In this document: piece after piece, positions 1-7,714 of the stretch | Position numbering within the stretch: position 1 is the first letter of the stretch | Layout: each line of letters starts with the position of its first letter | From: Minisyncoccota bacterium | Lineage (GTDB): Bacteria; Patescibacteriota; Minisyncoccia; Minisyncoccales; Minisyncoccaceae | Assembly: GCA_041673285.1 (NCBI GenBank) | Contig: JBAYXY010000001.1 | Span: 1-27,143 of the forward strand | Length of the DNA: 27,143 bases | Direction of reading: 5' to 3' | Notes under the pieces: generated by a model | What the model was told of the DNA's origin: nothing | The model's database searches: none | Seen by the model: only the letters and a program-made list of their open reading frames with translations | Made by a program: the position numbers and the translations under genes

Positions 1-834
1 CAGTCATTTACACTTATTGAACTTCTAGTCGTCATTGTTATCATTGGCATCCTTTCAGGACTAGTCGTCATTGCTACTTCTTCTTTCATAGAGAAAGCGA
101 ACTTTTCAAAAGCTCAAGCGTTTTCGTCTACGATTCACAAGGAAATGTTGTTTAGTTTGGTGTCGGAGTGGACGTTTGATGATGGTACAAATCAAGCAGT
201 TAATAGAATAGCTACTGCTGATGATGTAAAAGACTCTTGGGGATCTAATCATGGAACAGTTCATGGTAATCCTCAAGTAAAAGGAGGAGATGATTGTATT
301 TTTGGAAGGTGCCTAAGTTTTGATGGGGATGATCATATTGTAATAGATATGTTTGTTAGTGGAACAGAAGCAACGATTTCTTTGTGGGTGAAAAATCCAT
401 CTGGTAGTTATGTTTTAAGGTCTGATGCAAATTGTAGAACTTATGTGCGCAGGAACTCTTTTTCAAAAGGAGACCCTTTAGTTTCTTTAGGATCTGCTTC
501 GTATTCTAAAGATTGGAATCATGCTGTAATTACATGGAAAAAAGAAAATGGCCAGCTTAAAGGAAAGGCTTTTATAAATGGGGTGCCAACACAAAAGGAT
601 TTTAAAGATTTTTCAGATGAGTGTAATGGAACTTATATCACATTAATGTCTTTTACCCGTGGCGGGGAACAGTTTGCTTCAGGAACTATTGATGATGTAA
701 GATATTATAATGCTGTTTTATCTACTGCAGAAATCAAACAAAACTACATTGCAGGACTAGACTTAATGCTAAAAAATGGAAGCTTGTCAAAAAACGAATA
801 TAATCAAAGATTGCAAGCTTTAGCGAACAATTAA
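1..834 (+). CDS. Type IV pilin-like N-terminal methylation domain protein with LamG/concanavalin A-like domain (5' partial)
   Basis: Frame 1 is open from base 1 and reads QS-FTLIELLVVIVIIGILSGLVVIA (class III signal, F+1, E+5, S at -1), running into the tracked ORF at 145. LamG-like motifs: WTFDDG, CLSFDGDDHI, WNHAVITW, FINGV, GTIDDVRYYNAVLS. The true start lies upstream of the window. Confidence 0.85.
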   Translation, partial: QSFTLIELLVVIVIIGILSGLVVIATSSFIEKANFSKAQAFSSTIHKEMLFSLVSEWTFDDGTNQAVNRIATADDVKDSWGSNHGTVHGNPQVKGGDDCIFGRCLSFDGDDHIVIDMFVSGTEATISLWVKNPSGSYVLRSDANCRTYVRRNSFSKGDPLVSLGSASYSKDWNHAVITWKKENGQLKGKAFINGVPTQKDFKDFSDECNGTYITLMSFTRGGEQFASGTIDDVRYYNAVLSTAEIKQNYIAGLDLMLKNGSLSKNEYNQRLQALANN

Positions 835-868
835 TCTCTTGCAAGTATTGTATGGCTTGCACAAAAAA

Positions 869-897
869 TTGACAGACTTTCAAAAATTAATCACAAT
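869..897 (+). promoter_or_regulatory. sigma70-type promoter for the tsaE run (probably leaderless)
   Basis: TTGACA (869-874), 17-nt spacer, CACAAT (892-897), 6 nt, ATG at 904. Confidence 0.65.
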
Positions 898-903
898 GGA
901 ACT

Positions 904-1332
904 ATGGATGTGATTACGAATTCGGAAGAGGAAACAAAGAAGCTTGTTTTAAGCTTGCTTAACATTTACCCTTTTAAAGAGCATGCAACTATTTTTGTGC
1001 TTCAAGGAGAGCTTGGTTCTTCTAAAACAACTTTTGTGAAAGGACTTGAAAACGTTTTAGGAGTTAAAATTAAAAGTCCAACATTTAATATTATTCAAAA
1101 GTATAAGATAGATTTTAGAGGTTTTAAGAACTTGTATCATATTGATTTTTATAGAGTGTCTGATGTTTTGGGATTAGACTTTGATGAAATTGTAAAGAAT
1201 AGGGAGAACTTGGTTTTTATTGAATGGGGAGAGAATGTAAAAGAACACATTCCTAAATATTCAAAATGGATCTATTTTGAATATGTAGATAAGTATAAGA
1301 GAAGGATTTATGAAAAAGATAATCATCATTGA
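904..1332 (+). CDS. tsaE: tRNA t6A biosynthesis ATPase TsaE (YjeE)
   Basis: GELGSSKTTFVKG P-loop-like motif, IKSPTFNIIQKY, LYHIDFYR and FIEWGE match TsaE signatures; 142 aa. Confidence 0.9.
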   Translation: MDVITNSEEETKKLVLSLLNIYPFKEHATIFVLQGELGSSKTTFVKGLENVLGVKIKSPTFNIIQKYKIDFRGFKNLYHIDFYRVSDVLGLDFDEIVKNRENLVFIEWGENVKEHIPKYSKWIYFEYVDKYKRRIYEKDNHH

Positions 1333-2176
1333 TAGCAACTCAGTAATTCATAGAGCGTTTCATGCACTTCCTCCTTTGGAGAATAAGAAAGGAGAAGTTG
1401 CAAATGCTGTTTTTGGGTTTTTGAAGTTTTTGTTTAAAGCAATAAGAGAATTAGAACCCGATTATATTGCGGCGTGTTTTGATGTTTCGGAAAAGACTTT
1501 TAGAAAAGAAATGTTTAAGGATTACAAAGCAAAAAGGGAAAAAGCGCCTAATGAGCTTTATTCTCAAATACCGATGGTAAAAGAAGTTTTAAGAAAGTTT
1601 AGAATCCCTATTTTTGAAAAAGAGGGGTTTGAGGGGGATGATTTGATTGGAACAATTGCAAAAAAAGAAAATGGAAATTTGGAGAAAATAATATTGTCGG
1701 GAGATTTAGATAATCTTCAATTAGTGGATAAGAATGTGAAGCTGGTTTTTTTAACAGGGAAGCTTGTTTTTTTTGATGAAAAGAAAATAGGGGAAAGGTA
1801 TGAGATTTTGCCAAAGCAGATTGTAGATTTAAAAGCTCTAATGGGAGATAATGCAGACAATATTCCCGGAGTTTTAGGAATTGGTATTAAAACTGCAACA
1901 ACACTTTTAAAAAAATATGGGACATTAGAAAATATTTATAGAAATATTGATTTAATAGAGGGAAAGGTAAAAGAGAAATTAATTCAAGGAAAAGAAATGG
2001 CTTTTTTAAGTAAAGAGCTTTCTCAAATAAAAACAGATGTGTGTTTTGATTTTGATTTAGAGAAGTGCAAATGGGGAGATTATGATAAAGATGAGGTGCT
2101 TCAATTTTTTGAAGAGTTTGGTTTTAAAAGCTTAGTTTCAAAGATTCCTGAAAAAAGTAATTTGAGATTATTTTAA
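1310..2176 (+). CDS. Stand-alone 5'-3' exonuclease/flap endonuclease (PolA N-terminal domain only)
   Basis: IIDSNSVIHRAFHA, CFD, RKEMFKDYKAKR, FEGDDLIGT, SGDLD and GDNADNIPGVLGIGIKTA (H3TH) are present. The protein ends at 288 aa with no polymerase domain. Confidence 0.9.
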   Translation: MKKIIIIDSNSVIHRAFHALPPLENKKGEVANAVFGFLKFLFKAIRELEPDYIAACFDVSEKTFRKEMFKDYKAKREKAPNELYSQIPMVKEVLRKFRIPIFEKEGFEGDDLIGTIAKKENGNLEKIILSGDLDNLQLVDKNVKLVFLTGKLVFFDEKKIGERYEILPKQIVDLKALMGDNADNIPGVLGIGIKTATTLLKKYGTLENIYRNIDLIEGKVKEKLIQGKEMAFLSKELSQIKTDVCFDFDLEKCKWGDYDKDEVLQFFEEFGFKSLVSKIPEKSNLRLF

Positions 2177-2179
2177 TTT

Positions 2180-3013
2180 ATGCCTGAACTACCAGAAGTA
2201 CAAACAATAGTAGATGAGCTTAATCTAAAAGTAAAAGGAAAAACAATTCTTAAAAGTTTGCCTGCTATTAAAAATATTAAGAATAAGAAAATATTAAATA
2301 TTAGAAGACGAGCAAAGTATATTATTCTTGAATTGTCAGACAATTATATTTTATTGATTCATTTAAAAATGACAGGGCATCTTCTTTTAGGAAAGTGGGA
2401 AATGAGAGATAATATTTTCTATCCTATTTCAGAAGGTCCTTTAAAAGAGGATCGGTTTAATCAATATGTGCGTACAGTTTTCTATTTAGACAATGATTTT
2501 GATTTGGGTTTTTCTGATTTAAGAAAGTTTGGACAAATTGAGCTTTTTAAAAAAGAAGAGTTTGAGAAATTGGAAAAGATAAACAAGCTGGGGGTGGAAC
2601 CGTTTTCAAAAGATTTTACTTTTAAATTTTTTAAAGGTATTATTAAAAATACAAAAACAAACATTAAAAAATTATTAATGGATCAAGAGAAAATAGCAGG
2701 AATAGGAAATATTTATGCATCAGAAATATTATTTTGTGCAAGAGTTTCTCCTTTAAGGAATGCAAATAGTTTAAGTGAAAATGAGATGAAAAGAATATAT
2801 GAGGTAATAAAACTTGTTTTAAAAAAAGCCATTGATTTAAAGGGAAGTAGTGCTTTTGATTATAGGAGGACAGATGGGATTAAGGGTTTTTATCAAGAGC
2901 ATTCATTTGTTTATGGAAGGCGTGGAGAAGAATGTTTGAAGTGTAAGGGAAAAGTAGAATACGTTAAAATTGGACAAAGAGGAACATACTTTTGTCCGAA
3001 ATGTCAAAAATGA
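2180..3013 (+). CDS. mutM: Formamidopyrimidine-DNA glycosylase Fpg/MutM
   Basis: N-terminal PELPEV, HLKMTG, DLRKFG, LLMDQEKIAGIGNIYASEILF (H2TH), C-terminal zinc finger CLKC...FCPKCQ. Confidence 0.95.
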   Translation: MPELPEVQTIVDELNLKVKGKTILKSLPAIKNIKNKKILNIRRRAKYIILELSDNYILLIHLKMTGHLLLGKWEMRDNIFYPISEGPLKEDRFNQYVRTVFYLDNDFDLGFSDLRKFGQIELFKKEEFEKLEKINKLGVEPFSKDFTFKFFKGIIKNTKTNIKKLLMDQEKIAGIGNIYASEILFCARVSPLRNANSLSENEMKRIYEVIKLVLKKAIDLKGSSAFDYRRTDGIKGFYQEHSFVYGRRGEECLKCKGKVEYVKIGQRGTYFCPKCQK

Positions 3014-3915
3014 TAATATTAATTTACGGAAAAGATACATTTAGGTCAAAGGAGAGATTAAACGAACTAAGGTCAGCTTACAAGCTTAAAAATCAAAGCG
3101 GAATAAATGAAAGATTTTTAAATGGAAAGAATTTAAGTTTTGATGAGCTCAAAGATGAGGTTTTAGGACTTTCTTTTTTTAATGAAAAGAAGTTGATTAT
3201 AGTGGAAAATGTTTTTTCAAATAAATTATTAAAGGAAGAAATTAAAAAAAGAGGAAAGGACTTTTTAGACTCAGAAAACATTATTATATTTTATGAAGAT
3301 AAAAAAGTTTTGAAAGGAGACATTTTGTATGCTTTTATTAGAAAGAAAGCAAAGATAGAAGAATACGAATTTTTAAAAGGAGAAGAGCTTAAAAAATGGA
3401 TTTTAAAAAAGGTTTTGAAAAATGGAGGGAGTATAACAAAGTCTGCACTTAATTTATTATATGAATATATTGGTTCTGATTTATGGAGACAGAAAAATGA
3501 AATTCAAAAATTGATTGCTTATAAAAATGAGATAGAGGAAGAAGATGTGAAGTTTTTGGTGAATGTTAATTCTGAATTAAATATTTTTAACACGGTGGAT
3601 GCGATATCTAAAAATGATAAAAAAAATGCCATAAAATTAGCGAAAAAACATTTAGAAAAAGGAGAGTCTATTTTTGGACTTTTAGCTTTAATAGGAACTC
3701 AATTTAAGAATATGTTGATTGTTAAAACTTTAGATGATTATAGAAAGGCGAGTTTACATCCTTTTGTTTTAAGAAAATCCTATTATCAATCACAAAAGTT
3801 TTCAGTTGAGGATTTAAAAAGAATACATAATAAGATATTAGAAATAGATTCTAAAATAAAGACAGGAGAGCTTGATGAAAAAATAGCCATGGAAACGCTT
3901 ATACTTGAAATATGA
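3010..3915 (+). CDS. holA: DNA polymerase III delta subunit
   Basis: MIILIYGKD start (ATG at 3010 overlaps the mutM stop as ATGA), LSFFNEKKLIIVEN, EIQKLIAY, NIFNTVDAI, LHPFVL, IDSKIKTG. Confidence 0.85.
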   Translation: MIILIYGKDTFRSKERLNELRSAYKLKNQSGINERFLNGKNLSFDELKDEVLGLSFFNEKKLIIVENVFSNKLLKEEIKKRGKDFLDSENIIIFYEDKKVLKGDILYAFIRKKAKIEEYEFLKGEELKKWILKKVLKNGGSITKSALNLLYEYIGSDLWRQKNEIQKLIAYKNEIEEEDVKFLVNVNSELNIFNTVDAISKNDKKNAIKLAKKHLEKGESIFGLLALIGTQFKNMLIVKTLDDYRKASLHPFVLRKSYYQSQKFSVEDLKRIHNKILEIDSKIKTGELDEKIAMETLILEI

Positions 3916-4856
3916 ATATTATTGATAAATTAAAAAAAGCAAATTTAAAAGGGAGAGGAGGAGCATGTTTTCCTACATATTTAAAATGGGAAAGTGTTTT
4001 AAATGCAAAAGCTTTTAAAAAGTATATTATTTGTAATGCAGCTGAGGCGGAGCTTGATTTTAAGAAAGATAAATATATATTAGAGCATTTTTTAGAGGAT
4101 GTTTTAAATGGAATAAAAATAGCATTAAAAACTATTCCTAAGTCTTCCGCTTTTATTTATCTTAATAAAAATTATTACCCAATTTTTAAAGAGAGGATAA
4201 AAGAAGAGAAGATTACTTTAATTGAAGGGGATAATAAATATATAGGAGGGGAGGAAACGGCTTTAATAAATTTTATAGAAGAAAAAATAGCGATACCTAA
4301 AAAGAAGCCTCCTTATGTTTCAGAAAAAGGATTATTTAATATGCCAACACTTGTGAATAATGTAGAAACTTTTTACTATACTTCTAAAATAGAAAAAGGG
4401 GAGTATCAGAATGAAAGATTTTATATGGTTTTAGGAAAGGGAATTGATGATCATATTTTAGAGCTTAAAAGTAATACAACGATAAGAGAAATTTTGAAAG
4501 AAGTTAAAATTCCTTTTCCTTATTATATTCAAGCAGGAGGTGTTTTAGGGGAGATATTAGAAGAAAAGGATTTTGATAGAGTTTTAGAATGTACAGGTCT
4601 GATGAGAGTGATTGCTTACAGTGAAGACCCTTATTTAGTAATGGAGGAATGGGCAGAGTTTTTAACAAATGGAAATTGTGATAAATGCACTCCTTGTAGA
4701 GAGGGAACACATCGAATTTTAGAAATGGTAAGGAAAAGAGAAATTGAAAAGCTCGAAGAATTATTTTTAGCACTTGAGAAAACAAGCTTTTGTGCTTTGG
4801 GAAAAGGCATTCCGATTCCTTTTAGAAGTTTAATTAAAAAAATATGTTTGAAATAG
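3912..4856 (+). CDS. NuoF/HydB/HoxF-like FMN- and [4Fe-4S]-binding NADH-oxidoreductase subunit (minimal, divergent)
   Basis: LKGRGGACFPT, YIICNAAEAE, YIGGEETAL, PTLVNNVETF, and cluster cysteines CDKCTPCREG...CALG. Confidence 0.85.
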   Translation: MNIIDKLKKANLKGRGGACFPTYLKWESVLNAKAFKKYIICNAAEAELDFKKDKYILEHFLEDVLNGIKIALKTIPKSSAFIYLNKNYYPIFKERIKEEKITLIEGDNKYIGGEETALINFIEEKIAIPKKKPPYVSEKGLFNMPTLVNNVETFYYTSKIEKGEYQNERFYMVLGKGIDDHILELKSNTTIREILKEVKIPFPYYIQAGGVLGEILEEKDFDRVLECTGLMRVIAYSEDPYLVMEEWAEFLTNGNCDKCTPCREGTHRILEMVRKREIEKLEELFLALEKTSFCALGKGIPIPFRSLIKKICLK

Positions 4857-6103
4857 AAATAGATGGAAAAAAAATATTGGTTGATCCTAAAAAAACTATT
4901 TTAGAAATAGCAATTGAGAATGATATAAAGATTCCTTATCTTTGTTATGACCCTGATATTCCCCCGAAAGAGTCTTGCAGGCTTTGTGTGGTTGATATTA
5001 AAGGAGAGCTTTTTCCTGCCTGTGCAACTTATCCTAAAGAGGGAATGGTTATAAAAACAGAAACAGAAGAGATTTTAAAAGTAAGGAAAACTAATTTAAA
5101 ATTATTGTTTTCTCAGCATATTGAAAAATGCAATACGTGTATTTGGAATAATAAATGCAAGATGCTTAACTATGCTAGAGAGTGGGGGGTTGCTATTAAT
5201 GAATGGGAGGATAGGAAGATAGGGCACAAGGAGTATAATTTTAAAAATACCATTATTTATGATTCTTCAAAATGTATTAACTGTTTTAATTGTGTTGATG
5301 TGTGCGAAGTTGGGTTTTTAGAGATTAAAAACAAAGGAAGTTTTCATGAAATTGTTCCTTCTTCCAAAAAAGAATGTATTTATTGTGGGCAATGTTTAGT
5401 ACATTGTCCTTCTGGGGCTTTTTCTTCTTTTGATTCGTCTTTGAAAATAGAGGAAGAGATTCAAAAAGGTAAAAATGTTGTTTTTCAAGTTTCGCCTTTT
5501 GTTTGTTTAGGTATGGGTGTTTCAAATGAGCATTTAATTGGAGCAATTAGAAAATTAGGAGTGAAGAAAGTTTTTGATTTGAGTTTGGGAGAGAATTTGT
5601 TTAAAGAGAGGGAAGCAGAAGAACTTGAATTAAGGATTCAAAAAAAAGAAAAGCTTCCCATGCTTTCTTGTTTTTGTCCTGCGTTTGTTCAGTTTGTAAA
5701 AGCTTATAGAAAGGATCTTATTTCTAATTTATCTAAAGTTTCCTATCCTCATATTCTTTTAAAGGAGGTGATAGAGGAAAAAGAAAAGGATGCTGTTGTT
5801 GTTTCTGTTTTACCTTGCACAGCGGTTAAGTATAAAAGCAATGACTATATTTTAACAACGCACGAACTTTCAAGAATGTTAAAAAAGAATAAAATTGATT
5901 TTAATGATGTTTCCTCTTTTGATGAGATTTTGGAAGCTCAAGAAAGCGAAAAAGTGAAAACAATTTATGGAATTCTGAATGCTAAAAAAGCTCTTGAAAG
6001 TTTAGATGCTAATTTTTTGAGAGTGGAGGCTTGTCCAAAAGGTTGTGCATTTGGAGGAGGTCAACTTGTTCCAACAAAAAAACGCCTATTTGGCGCTTTC
6101 TAA
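4844..6103 (+). CDS. [FeFe]-hydrogenase-like (HydA/NuoG N-terminus) multi-Fe-S protein with degenerate H-cluster domain
   Basis: 2Fe-2S (IPYLC...SCRLC...AC), His-ligated 4Fe-4S (HIEKCNTCIWNNKC), two 4Fe-4S (CINCFNCVDVC, CIYCGQCLVHCP), then H-domain-like motifs SCFCPAF, LPCTAVK and EACPKGCAFGGGQ. Confidence 0.8.
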   Translation: MFEIEIDGKKILVDPKKTILEIAIENDIKIPYLCYDPDIPPKESCRLCVVDIKGELFPACATYPKEGMVIKTETEEILKVRKTNLKLLFSQHIEKCNTCIWNNKCKMLNYAREWGVAINEWEDRKIGHKEYNFKNTIIYDSSKCINCFNCVDVCEVGFLEIKNKGSFHEIVPSSKKECIYCGQCLVHCPSGAFSSFDSSLKIEEEIQKGKNVVFQVSPFVCLGMGVSNEHLIGAIRKLGVKKVFDLSLGENLFKEREAEELELRIQKKEKLPMLSCFCPAFVQFVKAYRKDLISNLSKVSYPHILLKEVIEEKEKDAVVVSVLPCTAVKYKSNDYILTTHELSRMLKKNKIDFNDVSSFDEILEAQESEKVKTIYGILNAKKALESLDANFLRVEACPKGCAFGGGQLVPTKKRLFGAF

Positions 6104-6358
6104 TGAGTTTACTAATTTTGTAATGCGTGCTTTTTTACGAGAGGCGGTATTGTCTTTAATAACATTTGTTTTGGCTGCTTTATCAATGGCTTTGTATGCT
6201 TTTGGTAATAGTTTTAATGCCTCCTCTTTATTCTTTAAAGTAACCAAAGATTTAATCTCTTTTAAGATTTTTCTCATTTCTTTTTTCTTTAAAAAGTTTG
6301 CGTATGTTTTTTTCTTGTCTTGCACAAGACGTTTTTTTGCTGATTTAAGTATTGGCAT
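6086..6358 (-). CDS. rpsT: 30S ribosomal protein S20
   Basis: MPILKSAKKR...AYKAIDKAAKTNVIKDNTASRKKARI; 90 aa, highly basic. Confidence 0.95.
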   Translation of the reverse strand: MPILKSAKKRLVQDKKKTYANFLKKKEMRKILKEIKSLVTLKNKEEALKLLPKAYKAIDKAAKTNVIKDNTASRKKARITKLVNSLESAK

Positions 6359-6364
6359 GGGTTT

Positions 6365-6393
6365 AATATATACTAAAGTTTGAAAATATGCAA
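6365..6393 (-). promoter_or_regulatory. sigma70-type promoter for rpsT (probably leaderless)
   Basis: Minus strand: TTGCAT (6393-6388), 17 nt, TATATT (6370-6365), 6 nt, ATG at 6358. Confidence 0.6.
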
Positions 6394-6396
6394 GGG

Positions 6397-7608
6397 TTAG
6401 AAGTCAACTTGGTATTCGCTGATAACTCCAGGGCCTCCGTTTTGGCCATTGGAGGCGGGTTTGTTAGAGTCTCCGCCTTGCCCTCCTATTCCGCCAGATA
6501 CGTCTACGGTTCCTGTGCCAGATTTTGTATTATATACTAATAGTATGTAACCGCCGCCACCACCGCCACCACCCCCATCGGCGTAGGTTACGCCATATTT
6601 TTCTTCGAACCATGTTGTTCCGTTGCCTCCATTCCCTCCACGTGCACTTATAGTTCCGTTATTAACAAGGTTTTTAACAAAAATGTGTATTATACCACCA
6701 CCGCCGCCACCTCCGCCATTTAAGCCATAGCTACCTGCATAGTCTATGGCTCCTCCACCTCCTCCCGCACCGCCAATTGTGGCTAGTGTAAGGCTAGGCA
6801 ATAGAGCTAATTGTGATTGTGAGGGAGGATCTATATGTTCTCTTAAAATTATATTTGTATTATTGCCAGTGCCCCCTGCTCCTCCCTCACCACCGACATA
6901 TCCACCTTTTCCTCCATATCCAAATTCTCCATTGTCGGCTTCATTGCCACCGTCATTACATCTATGAATACATCCACCAGAGGCACTACATCCAAAGGTA
7001 CATCGTCCTCCTTTGGCAGACCCTCCTACTCTATTAGTTGCAAGGGCAGTGCCCCCGTATGAATAAGATCTATTTTTTCCACTTGCATTGTCTCCATTAT
7101 TTCCATCTCTACTTATTTTTCCCCCTGAATTAATGGTAAGTGTCCCAGACACAAATACTCTCCAGCCGTTGGGGTTTAGGGTAGCTCCTGAGTTGATAGT
7201 AAGATTTCTGTATTCCATATCTTTGTTTAAAGTTGTATTTCCTGTAATGACAACATCTCCATCAATACCAGAGCCAAAGTATTTAGTTATTGCAGGAGAC
7301 CCTCCTGCATTATTATCAACGTATTCTTTTGTGGCCAGATGTTCATTTTCTGTAGGATTGCTTGCTGATATTGTTCCTGCAACAATACTATCTCCTGTAA
7401 GGTTAAGGTAGTAGCCTTGATTCTGAAAATCGTGTAATTCTGTGATGAGTAATCTTCCTGCTTTTCCTTGAGGCTCTATGCCTGTGTTCAAAGGAATGCT
7501 GTATGAGCTTGGCATTTCTACTGGCTCTGTCCAACTGTATACAATGAAAGCTAAGGCAATGAAGAGCATTGCTGACAAGGAAAAGATAAGTGTTTTTTGT
7601 TTGTTCAT
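6397..7608 (-). CDS. Membrane-anchored or secreted glycine-rich surface protein
   Basis: N-terminal hydrophobic helix followed by WTEP, an HLATKEYVD motif, beta-rich repeats (LTINSGATL / LTINSGGKI) and multiple poly-Gly runs. Confidence 0.75.
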   Translation of the reverse strand: MNKQKTLIFSLSAMLFIALAFIVYSWTEPVEMPSSYSIPLNTGIEPQGKAGRLLITELHDFQNQGYYLNLTGDSIVAGTISASNPTENEHLATKEYVDNNAGGSPAITKYFGSGIDGDVVITGNTTLNKDMEYRNLTINSGATLNPNGWRVFVSGTLTINSGGKISRDGNNGDNASGKNRSYSYGGTALATNRVGGSAKGGRCTFGCSASGGCIHRCNDGGNEADNGEFGYGGKGGYVGGEGGAGGTGNNTNIILREHIDPPSQSQLALLPSLTLATIGGAGGGGGAIDYAGSYGLNGGGGGGGGIIHIFVKNLVNNGTISARGGNGGNGTTWFEEKYGVTYADGGGGGGGGGYILLVYNTKSGTGTVDVSGGIGGQGGDSNKPASNGQNGGPGVISEYQVDF

Positions 7609-7640
7609 ATGGCTATTATTTTAATTAATTATTTTCAGTT

Positions 7641-7668
7641 ATTATAGCATGGTAGGAGAAATTGTAAA
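7641..7668 (-). promoter_or_regulatory. Promoter for the Gly-rich protein gene
   Basis: Minus strand: TTTACA (7668-7663), 16 nt, extended -10 TGc-TATAAT (7646-7641). Confidence 0.55.
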
Positions 7669-7680
7669 AGGTAAATAATA

Positions 7681-7708
7681 TTGAAAAACTTTAATTAAAT
7701 GGTATTAT
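7681..7708 (+). promoter_or_regulatory. Promoter for ruvA-murE (probably leaderless)
   Basis: TTGAAA (7681-7686), 16 nt, extended -10 TGg-TATTAT (7703-7708), 6 nt, ATG at 7715. Confidence 0.55.
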
Positions 7709-7714
7709 AATAAT

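Noticed and set aside
25-73. 13-bp direct repeat CTAGTCGTCATTG (25-37, 61-73)
   Set aside because: Both copies encode LVVI in the pilin hydrophobic helix, so a coding coincidence is sufficient
840-861. Hairpin TGCAAGT-N8-GCTTGCA after the pilin gene as an intrinsic terminator
   Set aside because: No U-tract follows it on either strand
4844-6103. Call as a functional [FeFe] hydrogenase (hydA) or complex I NuoG
   Set aside because: H-cluster catalytic residues are missing, and there is no NuoG molybdopterin-like C-terminus and no other nuo genes
6045-6383. 112-aa plus-strand ORF
   Set aside because: Antisense shadow of rpsT
6746-7411. Pro-rich and His-rich plus-strand ORFs (6746, 6813, 7088)
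   Set aside because: Shadows of Gly codons on the opposite strand of the 403-aa gene
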